Position numbers and translations under genes: made by a program
Part shown: positions 35,055-44,028 of the stretch, piece by piece
How the letters are laid out: every line of letters begins with the position of its first letter
Position numbering within the stretch: position 1 is the first letter of the stretch
Notes under the pieces: generated by a model
What the model saw: only the letters and a program-made list of their open reading frames with translations
Told to the model about the DNA's origin: nothing
Databases searched by the model: none
Assembly (NCBI GenBank): GCA_020430505.1
Contig: JAGQJT010000003.1
Location: 5,591 to 69,590 of the forward strand
DNA: 64,000 bases
From: Nanobdellota archaeon
Lineage (GTDB): Archaea; Nanobdellota; Nanobdellia; Pacearchaeales; GW2011-AR1
Direction: 5' to 3'

Positions 35055-36962
35055 ATGGCAGAAAAGAGAGATTATTCTATTGGAGAAGTTTATCAGGGAG
35101 GTTATTCCACTCTAGATCCAAAGAAAAATGAATATTTTACAGGATATAATGCTACTGCAGGTTCAATAGGATTAACGACAAATCCTCAGGCAACATTCAA
35201 ATTATCTTCAGATTTTTCTACAAAACTTTCTTCAGGTGTAAAACATATGGAATTAGCCTTGGTCTCTCCGAAATTTTTCGACAATACTCCAAAACAAGAA
35301 TTAAAAGAAGTTACTCGTTTGGCAAAATTAACTGGTTCTGAGGTTTCAGTCCATGCTCCAGTTATGGACTCGGCTGGAATGAGCAGAGATGGGTGGAGTG
35401 AATCCTATCGAGAAATGGCAGAAACGAAAATTACAGATTACATAGATAGGAGTCATGAAGTAAACCCTACAGGAAACACTACGGTAGTTTTTCATACTTC
35501 TGATGGAATTCCTGCTTCTACATGGGAAACTTTGGGCAATGAAAATGAAAAAAGAAAAGCAAAAAAATTGTTAGTTATCGATAGAGAATCGGGGAGAGGA
35601 ATTATCCCTCTTGAAAAAGAAACCCTTTATTATCCAGATCTAGCTGAATTAAAAGAAGAAACAATCTCCAAATTAAATAGTGGAACCTTAAAACCAGAAC
35701 AGATTACTCCCCAACATTATAAAAAAACAAATCTTGCAGAAGGAACAACTTTTTCTCCAGAAAGAAGATTACAATCTCAAAATAGAACTCAATGGGATAA
35801 CGAAATGAAAAAAATTCTTTTTGAAGCAGAAGCTGCAGAGAAAACTTTAAGGATGGTTAATCCAATATTTAGAGAAAAATATGCTTTACTAAGAAGCAAA
35901 AATTTGGATCCTTCAACACTATCTTCTTCTGAAATGGAAGAAATAAAAAAAGTTCATTTTGCCGCAGAACATATAGAAGAAGCTTCCTTGCATCTTAAAA
36001 ATAGTTTTTCCAAAGCCTATAAATTGTTTAAGGAAGATGGCAATCAAGAGGCTATGAATGAATTAACAAGATTATCTGATAGTTATAAAAATAATTTGGG
36101 AATCAATGATCCAAAATCATTAAGATCTTTTGACCCTCAAATTCAATCAAATGCGATAACAAACTTTGTGGATACTCTTTCAGGAATTATTCCAACACAA
36201 TTTGTTTCTTTAGAAGAGTTTGCAACTGAAAAATCTTCTCAAACTTTTGGCAATGCTGCTTTTAATGCTTATGATAAACTTGGAGATAAAACTCCCATAA
36301 TTGCAATTGAAAATCCTCCTGCAACAGAATTTGCTTTGAGCACAGGTGAAGATTTAAGAAATCTTGTTGTGGCTTCAAGAAAACAGTTTGCAAAAAGGTT
36401 AGTAAGCGAAAAAGGAATTGGGAAAAAAGAAGCTGATAAAATTGCTGAAAAACACATAGGTGCAACTTGGGACGTTGGACATATAAATATGCTTCGTGCA
36501 CAAGGATTCAATGAAAAAGATATAATAAAAGAATCTGAAAAAATTGCTCCCTACTTGAAACATGTTCATTTATCTGATAATTTTGGTTTAGAACACACAG
36601 AATTGCCAATGGGAATGGGAAATGTTCCTATGAAAGAAATTATGGAAAAACTTGGTCAAAAGGGATTTGAAGCCAAAAAAATTGCTGAAGCAGGTGAATG
36701 GTGGCAAATAATGCAAAAGCCTCCTATAGTAGAATCCTTTGAAGGACTGGGTTCTCCAATATATACCGATGGAGTTGGCCCTTTCTGGAATCAAACAGCA
36801 GGTTTTCAACAAGGATACATGGGAGGATATGGACAAATGCTTCCCACAACACATTTTACCCAACTTTATGGTGCAGGTTTTTCAAGTGTTTCTCTCCCAA
36901 AAGAACTTGGAGGTAGAGTTGGCGGAGGAGCTGGAGGAAGAATGGGTGGGGGAAGAGAATAA
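35055..36962 (+). CDS. xylose-isomerase-like TIM-barrel (AP endonuclease 2 fold) protein with a large internal insertion and a Gly-rich tail
   Basis: The N-terminal part (VKHMELALV...GSEVSVHAPV) and C-terminal part (WDVGHIN...LKHVHLSDNFGLEHTELPMGMGNVPMKEIMEKLGQKGFEAKKIAEAGEWW) resemble this fold and are separated by ~230 aa. The tail is GGRVGGGAGGRMGGGRE. Confidence 0.5.
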   Translation: MAEKRDYSIGEVYQGGYSTLDPKKNEYFTGYNATAGSIGLTTNPQATFKLSSDFSTKLSSGVKHMELALVSPKFFDNTPKQELKEVTRLAKLTGSEVSVHAPVMDSAGMSRDGWSESYREMAETKITDYIDRSHEVNPTGNTTVVFHTSDGIPASTWETLGNENEKRKAKKLLVIDRESGRGIIPLEKETLYYPDLAELKEETISKLNSGTLKPEQITPQHYKKTNLAEGTTFSPERRLQSQNRTQWDNEMKKILFEAEAAEKTLRMVNPIFREKYALLRSKNLDPSTLSSSEMEEIKKVHFAAEHIEEASLHLKNSFSKAYKLFKEDGNQEAMNELTRLSDSYKNNLGINDPKSLRSFDPQIQSNAITNFVDTLSGIIPTQFVSLEEFATEKSSQTFGNAAFNAYDKLGDKTPIIAIENPPATEFALSTGEDLRNLVVASRKQFAKRLVSEKGIGKKEADKIAEKHIGATWDVGHINMLRAQGFNEKDIIKESEKIAPYLKHVHLSDNFGLEHTELPMGMGNVPMKEIMEKLGQKGFEAKKIAEAGEWWQIMQKPPIVESFEGLGSPIYTDGVGPFWNQTAGFQQGYMGGYGQMLPTTHFTQLYGAGFSSVSLPKELGGRVGGGAGGRMGGGRE

Positions 36963-37011
36963 AAAGAAACTTTAAAAAGTAGCATTGATTACTACTAGGA
37001 TAAACAAAAAG

Positions 37012-37884
37012 ATGGTTAAGAAAACTACGAGAAAGAAAACTTCTAAGAAGACAACAAAAAAAAGTTCTTCTAGTAAAAAAAAGTCTAGTGAAACAAACAT
37101 TCCTACTCTAAACTTAAAAAATGAACATGATATTGCAATGGATTTTGCTGTCAAAGCTTATAAGAAATTTGATAAATTAGTAAAATCAATTATTTTATTT
37201 GGATCTACAGCAAAACATTCTCAAACATTAGGTTCTGATATTGATATAATTTTAATCTTAGACGATGCAATGGTTAAATGGGATCAAGAATTAATTGCAT
37301 GGTATAGAGAAGAATTAGAAAAATTAGTTAATGCCAATCCTTATAAAACAAGTTTACACATAAATACAATAAAATTAACCACTTGGTGGGAAGATCTTTT
37401 AAGAGGAGATCCTGTTGTATTAAACATAATCCGTGAAGGTGAAACTATGATTGACTTGGCAGGATTTTTTATGCCTTTGAAACATCTTCTTGTTGAAGGA
37501 AAAATAAAACCTTCTCCAGAAGCAATTTATAGTTGTTTACAAAGAGCACCAATGCATATTTCAAGAAGTAAGGCCGCAGAACTTGGTGCAATAGAAGGGT
37601 TATTTTGGTCAATGGTGGATGCATCTCACGCCGCTTTGATTGCAGCAAATATTATGCCTCCTTCTCCAGAACATATCCCTAGAGATTTAAAAGAGACTTT
37701 TGTAAATACTGGAAAATTGAAAACAAAATACGTAATGTGGTTTAGAGATCTATTGATGCTTCACAAGAAAATTCAACACCGTGAAATTTCTGATTTGAAA
37801 GGCGTTGAAATTGATGACTGGCAAGCAAAAGCAGAAGAATTTTTAGAGACTATGGCTCAATTAGTTAAAGACCTAGTTTTGTAA
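37012..37884 (+). CDS. nucleotidyltransferase (Pol-beta superfamily) domain protein with a C-terminal helical (HEPN/KNTase_C-like) domain and a basic K/S/T-rich N-tail
   Basis: ILFGSTAKHSQTLGSDIDIILILDD (the GS...D.D NTase motif). The track start 36985 is TTG, so ATG 37012 is preferred. Paralogous to 42199..43974 (shared GK(I/L)KPSPEAI and IKGVEID). Confidence 0.7.
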   Translation: MVKKTTRKKTSKKTTKKSSSSKKKSSETNIPTLNLKNEHDIAMDFAVKAYKKFDKLVKSIILFGSTAKHSQTLGSDIDIILILDDAMVKWDQELIAWYREELEKLVNANPYKTSLHINTIKLTTWWEDLLRGDPVVLNIIREGETMIDLAGFFMPLKHLLVEGKIKPSPEAIYSCLQRAPMHISRSKAAELGAIEGLFWSMVDASHAALIAANIMPPSPEHIPRDLKETFVNTGKLKTKYVMWFRDLLMLHKKIQHREISDLKGVEIDDWQAKAEEFLETMAQLVKDLVL

Positions 37885-38301
37885 TTTATTTGGAAGATTT
37901 TTAGCTAATTCGACGTAAAAATCATAATCAGAATCTGTTACGCCCTTGTAACCTAAAACAAAATATTTTCTGTTAAGTGACCCTTTTGTTTTATTTGAAT
38001 TAAACTGCATTAATCTATAAAGAGGTTCTCCATTATGCGAAAATTTAGTTTCGTCCATGACAATTAGATTATCTTGATCAAGATCTTTGTCCACAATAAC
38101 TGCAAATGAATTTTGTTTTTTTCTGATATCATAATATCCTAAAATAGTTCCCAAATTTAATGAATTAAAGTTGCATGGTCCAACTTCTCTTAAATGAATT
38201 GCATCTAGGATTTTATGCTTTTTAAAAAATCTCTTTTCAGGGGAAATTTTTTCATTATGAATCTTTTTTTTTCTACTTCCAATTCCCATCTGTTTTCCCA
38301 T
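37873..38301 (-). CDS. hypothetical protein
   Basis: 142-aa ORF convergent with 37012..37884, overlapping it by 12 nt. Confidence 0.45.
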   Translation of the reverse strand: MGKQMGIGSRKKKIHNEKISPEKRFFKKHKILDAIHLREVGPCNFNSLNLGTILGYYDIRKKQNSFAVIVDKDLDQDNLIVMDETKFSHNGEPLYRLMQFNSNKTKGSLNRKYFVLGYKGVTDSDYDFYVELAKNLPNKLQN

Positions 38302-38363
38302 AATTAGAAAAATAGAATTGTTCTTTTTAAAAATTATTATAATAAAAGTATAAAAATAAAAAA

Positions 38364-38891
38364 TTAAGATTTGCTTAGATCAAGTACTTTTTGCACAAGG
38401 TCATTCCTTCTAAGCTCTTCAACTTTAGTTCTCTTACTTGAAGTGAAAGAAGTTTCACTAGCTCCAACAAATTCTTGATACAGAGCATATTTTGAAAGTT
38501 CTTCTTGAGCCTTAAGCTTCTCTTCAGTAGGAGATTTTGATGAGTTTAAGGTATGTTTTGCATCATTTATTTTATCTCCTAATTCTGAAAATTTAAGATT
38601 TGCTCCTTCTCCAAGGTCATCTTTTACTCCCAAAGCTTGGGCATAATCACTAATAGTAGAATCTCCAATTATCGACTGGTACTTTTCAGTAAAAATTTCA
38701 ACAGCCCTTTTAAGACCCACTTTGTATGCTTCTGCGCTTAAACCTAAATCAATACCTTCCCTTCCAAATGTGGCCAAAGTCCAAGCAGCTTCATCTGTTT
38801 GACGATTGTCATAGAACTTATTTGCAAGCAAAGCCCATGAATACTTATTAAGCATTTCTCCATTTATCCCGGATTTTTCGTCTTCTGCCAT
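38364..38891 (-). CDS. hypothetical protein
   Basis: 175-aa ORF (MAEDEKSGINGEMLNKYSWALLANKFYD...). No recognisable family. Confidence 0.5.
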   Translation of the reverse strand: MAEDEKSGINGEMLNKYSWALLANKFYDNRQTDEAAWTLATFGREGIDLGLSAEAYKVGLKRAVEIFTEKYQSIIGDSTISDYAQALGVKDDLGEGANLKFSELGDKINDAKHTLNSSKSPTEEKLKAQEELSKYALYQEFVGASETSFTSSKRTKVEELRRNDLVQKVLDLSKS

Positions 38892-38898
38892 ATTCTTT

Positions 38899-39072
38899 TT
38901 AGTTTAAACCTCCTTTCAAATAGTTTTTACTAGGATTTTTCAATTTGAAAACTTCATATTGAAGGTTAATTGCTTGATCTAATGCGCTCTTATCCCCCTT
39001 AACATCATATTTTTCAATTTGATATATTGTTTTTTCATTCAGTTCATTGATTATTTTTTCCACTTTTTTCAT
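38899..39072 (-). CDS. possible 57-aa small protein (below the track cutoff)
   Basis: Manual translation gives MKKVEKIINELNEKTIYQIEKYDVKGDKSALDQAINLQYEVFKLKNPSKNYLKGGLN. The stop is 7 nt before the next start. Confidence 0.3.
   Translation of the reverse strand: MKKVEKIINELNEKTIYQIEKYDVKGDKSALDQAINLQYEVFKLKNPSKNYLKGGLN
38908..38918 (-). promoter_or_regulatory. fourth copy of TGAAAGGAGGT (16 nt from the next ATG, inside the end of a 57-aa ORF)
   Basis: CTATTTGAAAGGAGGTttaaactaaaaagaatATG upstream of 38364..38891. Confidence 0.35.
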
Positions 39073-39136
39073 ATTATTTACTACATTTCAAACTTTATAA
39101 ATGTTTCTATTTGTTACCATTGCAGGAAAGTAACAA

Positions 39137-39679
39137 TTATTCCTTTTCTAAATTTTCGTATTCTACTCTGATCTTTCCAGGTATTTTAGAATTGATTTGT
39201 CTTATTAATTTTCTTGCCAAAATTAATCCTTTCTCGTTAGGAAGTCCCAAAACAAAGAGCTTTGAGCCTTTCTTAAGTATTGCTGCCTTGTTCATTGATT
39301 TTCCAAAAGAGAGTTGCATTCCTGTTTGCATTCTATCTGCCCCAGCCCCAGTAAGCATTTTATTTTCTCTTTGAACATGATGTGGGAATGGAACAATCTT
39401 AAAGTAATACTGTCCTCCAAGCTCTTTATCCAGTTTTTTATTTATGTACTGTCTGCATGATTCCATTGCATTATTTCTTATTTGAACTTTTTCCATTGAA
39501 ACAACTGTTAGAACGTGAGGTAGTTTTCCTTTGTTGAAATCAGAAGTCTTACCCATGTCAAACTTAACAATCTTATGTGCCGGCATTGTTTTTATGAAGG
39601 CCTTAGTCCTCTTCTTAGAACTTCTAGTATAAGGTGTAACTTTTCTTTTTGAATATGCGTTTGCTTTTCTCAAGCCCAT
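39137..39679 (-). CDS. rpl10e: 50S ribosomal protein uL16 (L10e)
   Basis: Typical L10e N-terminus MGLRKANAYSKRKVTPYTRSSKK... and RMQTGMQLSFGK. Confidence 0.93.
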   Translation of the reverse strand: MGLRKANAYSKRKVTPYTRSSKKRTKAFIKTMPAHKIVKFDMGKTSDFNKGKLPHVLTVVSMEKVQIRNNAMESCRQYINKKLDKELGGQYYFKIVPFPHHVQRENKMLTGAGADRMQTGMQLSFGKSMNKAAILKKGSKLFVLGLPNEKGLILARKLIRQINSKIPGKIRVEYENLEKE

Positions 39680-39855
39680 GTGCCATCCTCCTGAATCTTT
39701 TTAGAGATATCCCTTAATTTTTCACTCATGTCAAGATCTTTAACTCCTTGTTTTCTGAGTTTGAAATAAACATTTTCGTTTTTTGATTTAACTGGTTTTT
39801 TCTCAATTTCATAATCATTATAAATGGGGTATTGCATTTCTTCTCTTGGATTCAT
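39670..39855 (-). CDS. hypothetical 61-aa protein coupled between eL33 and uL16 genes
   Basis: ATGA start/stop overlap with the eL33 gene and a 10-nt overlap with the uL16 start. Confidence 0.35.
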   Translation of the reverse strand: MNPREEMQYPIYNDYEIEKKPVKSKNENVYFKLRKQGVKDLDMSEKLRDISKKIQEDGTWA

Positions 39856-40112
39856 TTTATCTCAACCTCGGTTGTAACTGCTTGACCAGGTAAACCTTTC
39901 TCGAAAATAGCTCTAACTGCACCTTTATTTCCATGCGGTGCTGCAATCTTTCCTTTAATCACTTTTCCAGCAGGACTCTTCCACTCAACAGCTTTTCCCA
40001 CAAATTTTTCTGCTTTTTCTCTGTTTGTTGATTCTGGAATCTCAATTATAAAATGTCTTTCATGAATAGTGTGTCTTCCACGTCTAAATTGTACAACTTT
40101 GCCTTTTGTCAT
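39852..40112 (-). CDS. rpl35ae: 50S ribosomal protein eL33 (L35Ae)
   Basis: GKVVQFRRGRHTIHERHFIIEI...GKAVEWKSPAGKVIKGKIAAPHGNKGAVRAIFEKGLPGQA. Confidence 0.9.
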   Translation of the reverse strand: MTKGKVVQFRRGRHTIHERHFIIEIPESTNREKAEKFVGKAVEWKSPAGKVIKGKIAAPHGNKGAVRAIFEKGLPGQAVTTEVEIK

Positions 40113-40204
40113 TTTGCTTTAATGGCATAAACGAAATCAAAGAGATTTCAGTTTTGTCATGTTAGATAATTGAGAAATTGGTTTATAAAGATTGCCTTTG
40201 AACT

Positions 40205-40630
40205 TTATTGATTGGCGAAATAAAAAATAGCTGTATTAACAGCTTTTCTAGATAAAATATCAAAATCATCTAATTGATTGATTTTATTCTCTTCAAGATA
40301 CTCTTTTATTGCTTTTTTCTTAAGCTTAGATTCAGTATGAACTTCTTTTAATGAATTGATCAAATATCCAATTTTCTTAACAAAACTTGGTTTATTTGAA
40401 AATTTTTTATTAGTTTCTATTACCCTATCTAACCTCCCCATTTCAAAAAGATGTGCTTCTAAACCTCCATTAGTATTTTTAATTGATTCTTCACCAACTT
40501 TGATGATTGTGCTTCCAAATTTTCCATAAAAAGGCTTTTCAATAAATTCTGTTTTAGAATTATAACCAAGCCCATTTGTAATAATAGACTCTATCTTCAT
40601 TTGCATAGGGGTTTGGTTTATATCGAGCAT
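40205..40630 (-). CDS. hypothetical protein
   Basis: 141-aa ORF with no recognisable family. Confidence 0.45.
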   Translation of the reverse strand: MLDINQTPMQMKIESIITNGLGYNSKTEFIEKPFYGKFGSTIIKVGEESIKNTNGGLEAHLFEMGRLDRVIETNKKFSNKPSFVKKIGYLINSLKEVHTESKLKKKAIKEYLEENKINQLDDFDILSRKAVNTAIFYFANQ

Positions 40631-40654
40631 AATCTAAAATATAAATTTCTCTTT

Positions 40655-41776
40655 TTAATTATTTGTGTGTTCCAAAACAAAAATTCTTCTCCCAACAATT
40701 TGATTTTCTCTGAATTCATCAATTCCTTCTCCAATTAAATTCAATCCTGTTGCTTCACATATGTCCTCAATATTGCAACTTTTTCTCTTTTTTCCAACCC
40801 TTATCAAAGGACTTGTAAAAACAAATTTTCCAGAAACTTTCTTTTTCAAGTTGTTTAAAACTTCGCTCATTAAAATCTCAAATTCTCTTAATGTCTTTTT
40901 CGCATTTTCTTTGGTGGGAGTTTTTCTCAAAATTTGACCTAAATCTGGTTCAGTGGCAATTCCCTGGCTTTCAGAAATTTCAACTTTTCTTGAATCCTCA
41001 TTGAACAAATCATAATTATCTTTATCAAATTTAAACCATTCAAGATTCTTTTTGGCCCCTTCAATTGCTCTTTTATCTCTATCAATCCCAATAACTTTAA
41101 TTCCTTGATTCAAAGCCTCTTCCAAGACAACTCCAATTCCACAAAAAGGATCAACAAGCTTTTCTCCTTCTTTAACTTCTGAAAGATTTATTAAAATCTT
41201 AGCTAATCTAGGAGAAATAGCAAGAGATTCTCTACGAACTGGTTTTTCCATATCTCTTCTTTCAATTTCTTCGTAGTCTGATTTTTGGGTAATCTGTCCA
41301 AAGTAGACAATTTCTTCATTTTCAAAAACAAAGTATTCTTCATCTAAATTTTTTGAACCAGGAAAATTAACTTTTTCCCCAGATTGCAAATCCATTTTAT
41401 CATTTGAGGGTTTGAAAACAGCTTTTAATTTTTCAGATTTAAACCTTTTTTTTAAATAACGAAGGACCTCTTCTTCACTTTCAGAAAAATTCCAAAGGCA
41501 AAAATTAATATTATTCTTTTCTCCCACATAAATTTCCTTTTCATCAATTAAACCAAAAATCTCCTCTTTTGTTCCCTCTGCCAAAACCTCTCCAATTGAA
41601 ATTGTCCCTCCAAGATTTTTTATGCTTCCATCCGCAAAGTTTTTATCAATGTTTACCAAAAAACCATTTAATTTATTGAATTCATTAAAAAGCTCAATTG
41701 AATTTTTTTTAAAATAGGATTTTATCTCTAGTTGAGACAATTCTACATTCCTTCCCAGAATAAACAAATACTTCAT
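40655..41776 (-). CDS. Trm11/Trm-G10-like class I SAM-dependent RNA (guanine-N2) methyltransferase
   Basis: N-terminus MKYLFILGRNVELSQLEI (Trm11-like) and SAM motif LVDPFCGIGVVLEEAL...VIGIDRD. The track start 41818 is GTG. ATG 41776 lies ~30 nt downstream of a TTTATAAAAG TATA-like box. Confidence 0.7.
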   Translation of the reverse strand: MKYLFILGRNVELSQLEIKSYFKKNSIELFNEFNKLNGFLVNIDKNFADGSIKNLGGTISIGEVLAEGTKEEIFGLIDEKEIYVGEKNNINFCLWNFSESEEEVLRYLKKRFKSEKLKAVFKPSNDKMDLQSGEKVNFPGSKNLDEEYFVFENEEIVYFGQITQKSDYEEIERRDMEKPVRRESLAISPRLAKILINLSEVKEGEKLVDPFCGIGVVLEEALNQGIKVIGIDRDKRAIEGAKKNLEWFKFDKDNYDLFNEDSRKVEISESQGIATEPDLGQILRKTPTKENAKKTLREFEILMSEVLNNLKKKVSGKFVFTSPLIRVGKKRKSCNIEDICEATGLNLIGEGIDEFRENQIVGRRIFVLEHTNN

Positions 41777-41854
41777 AAACTCATAAGAAAAACCACTTTT
41801 ATAAATCCGCGTAATCACAGAAATTCTTAAATATCTTTTTTTATTTAAAATTAG

Positions 41855-42202
41855 ATGCCTTTTGCAAACGAAAAGTATGATTCAATTTATGATTTAGCAT
41901 TTAAAAAAAGAAAGCATAATCCAAAAATCAGCAACGAAAAGGCTATAGAAGCTGCATTGGTAGCATTATTTAAATATTCAAGCCGAGATACAATGATTAA
42001 ACTTATGGGCCTCAATACTTATTTGGAATATTTGAATTTAAAAGAAGAACATTTCAAAGATTCAGTTTATGTTTCAAATGAGGAAGAAATAATAAAAAAA
42101 TATTATTTAATTGCTGGAGAATTAAGAAAAAGACATTTCAACAACTCAGGATTGGAGAGTACAATAATTGCCCATGGCATGGAAAATAAATTCAAAGTTT
42201 AA
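41855..42202 (+). CDS. hypothetical protein
   Basis: 115-aa ORF convergent with 42199..43974. Confidence 0.4.
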   Translation: MPFANEKYDSIYDLAFKKRKHNPKISNEKAIEAALVALFKYSSRDTMIKLMGLNTYLEYLNLKEEHFKDSVYVSNEEEIIKKYYLIAGELRKRHFNNSGLESTIIAHGMENKFKV

Positions 42203-43974
42203 ATTAAAATCTCAAACTTCCCAATTTCTTTTTTAATCAAATCAAATACTTTTGGATCAACTTCAACTACTTGTTTTGATTTTTGATTATCTATTGATTT
42301 TTCAACCTCTTCCATAGAGGAATCTTCAACCTTAGTAGTTATTTTTTTAACTTTTCCAGATTCAAATAAAAAGGTTTTTCCATCACAGTTCAAAATTTCA
42401 ATAACTTTATCTTTTGTTTTCAATCTCATTCTTCCTTTTTCTAAAGAAGCTAAATCGCATCTTTGAGAATACTCAACTAAATCATTCATTAAAATTTCCG
42501 CATCTTTTCTTGCTATATCTATTTTTTGAGAATTTGATTTTCCTTTTTTGAACTCTTGTCTTGCAGAGACAATATTCTTCAAAATTCTTAAATCTTGAGG
42601 GGAAAATTTTCCTTTTTTAACAAAGTCTTTTTCAAAAGATTCTATAGTTTTTTCTTGAGGCATTTTTCCTACAATTGATTTTAATAATTCAAAAGTATCT
42701 TTATGGATTTGATCGATTGTTTTTTCGTTAAATCTTTTTTCAATTTGGATTCTAAGTTCTTTTAATCTTTTTATAAATTCTTCAGTACCCTTAAGAAAAC
42801 TATCAATTTCAACACCTTTAATCTCTTTTATTTTTTCATGTTCATAGTCTCTCCAAGTATTAACAACTTTTTCTAAAAAATCAACATATTTTTTTTCAAT
42901 CATTTTTGTTTCATAGAAATCTTTCTTAAATTCTTTAACTAGTTCTTTCTTTGCATTTGGAGGGGCTCCTCCATTAAGCATAACCATTGCTTGTGCAGGA
43001 GTTGTTACTCCCCAAAAAACATTTGTAAAAACATCGCTCATAAGAGTTCTCTTACTTCTTGGAATTACTTCATCTCCCATAGACATAAACATCTCAATGG
43101 CTTCAGGGGATGGTTTTAATTTACCCATTCTTAACAAAGATTTCCAAGGCATAAATGTTCCTCTATCATAAATTGGAACTCCATCTCTTATGAAAGTGAA
43201 CATAACTGGATGAGCATCTTTAACAGCATCCCAGAATTCAGTTAACAAATAAATTTGTGGCTCTAATTTATTTTGAACACCTGCCAGAGAAGAAGCTTCC
43301 ATAACATACTTGTATATAATCCCTCTAAGCCTTTCTTTTAATTCTAAACGAGGCATTCTTTTAACATCAGTGTCATTAATTATGACAAAGACATCAACAT
43401 CAGAAGTTTTTACAGTATCTCCTCTTACAATACTTCCACCCATAACATATGAAACAACATACTTTTCAAATTTTTGCAAAACCAAAGATTTGTGAATTTC
43501 TGCAACTCTTAATCCGCCAAGAATTCCTTTATCAAACAAAGGAAATGACATCGAGATAGCAGAAGACAATTCAAATTTTTGATCCATGCAAATTTCCCAA
43601 ATTTCCGAAACCGGTCTTATATGTAACCAAACTTTTTCCTTTGACTTTTCTAATTCTTTTACAATTTCTTTTTGAATTTTTGGAGCTTCCTTTGCTTTTT
43701 CATCAGGAATTATTAAATTTAAATGAACAAATTTTTCAGATTCTTTCGGAGCTTCTTCTTCCTCGATAAAAAACTTAATTGATTGAGGAGGCAAAACACT
43801 TATTGCTTGAACAAATTTATATTTTTTTGTTATAAAATTCTTTATTTTCTCTAATTCTTTTTTTGTTTTTTCAAACTCTTTTTTTGCATTTTCCTGTTCC
43901 TTTTGAACATCTGGTTTTTGATAATGATTATTTGTTTCCATTCCAGGAATGTTATCAGAACTTGTTGCACTCAT
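42199..43974 (-). CDS. large nucleotidyltransferase-domain protein (NTase + helical domain core with N- and C-terminal extensions)
   Basis: VMGGSIVRGDTVKTSDVDVFVIINDTD NTase motif. The core is colinear with 37012..37884. The N-terminal ~170 aa may be a degenerate second NTase-like module (inference). Confidence 0.7.
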   Translation of the reverse strand: MSATSSDNIPGMETNNHYQKPDVQKEQENAKKEFEKTKKELEKIKNFITKKYKFVQAISVLPPQSIKFFIEEEEAPKESEKFVHLNLIIPDEKAKEAPKIQKEIVKELEKSKEKVWLHIRPVSEIWEICMDQKFELSSAISMSFPLFDKGILGGLRVAEIHKSLVLQKFEKYVVSYVMGGSIVRGDTVKTSDVDVFVIINDTDVKRMPRLELKERLRGIIYKYVMEASSLAGVQNKLEPQIYLLTEFWDAVKDAHPVMFTFIRDGVPIYDRGTFMPWKSLLRMGKLKPSPEAIEMFMSMGDEVIPRSKRTLMSDVFTNVFWGVTTPAQAMVMLNGGAPPNAKKELVKEFKKDFYETKMIEKKYVDFLEKVVNTWRDYEHEKIKEIKGVEIDSFLKGTEEFIKRLKELRIQIEKRFNEKTIDQIHKDTFELLKSIVGKMPQEKTIESFEKDFVKKGKFSPQDLRILKNIVSARQEFKKGKSNSQKIDIARKDAEILMNDLVEYSQRCDLASLEKGRMRLKTKDKVIEILNCDGKTFLFESGKVKKITTKVEDSSMEEVEKSIDNQKSKQVVEVDPKVFDLIKKEIGKFEILI

Positions 43975-44028
43975 GAAATAAAATATTTATAATCCTTTAT
44001 AAAACTTGTTACTTAAGAGTTGTGAGAA

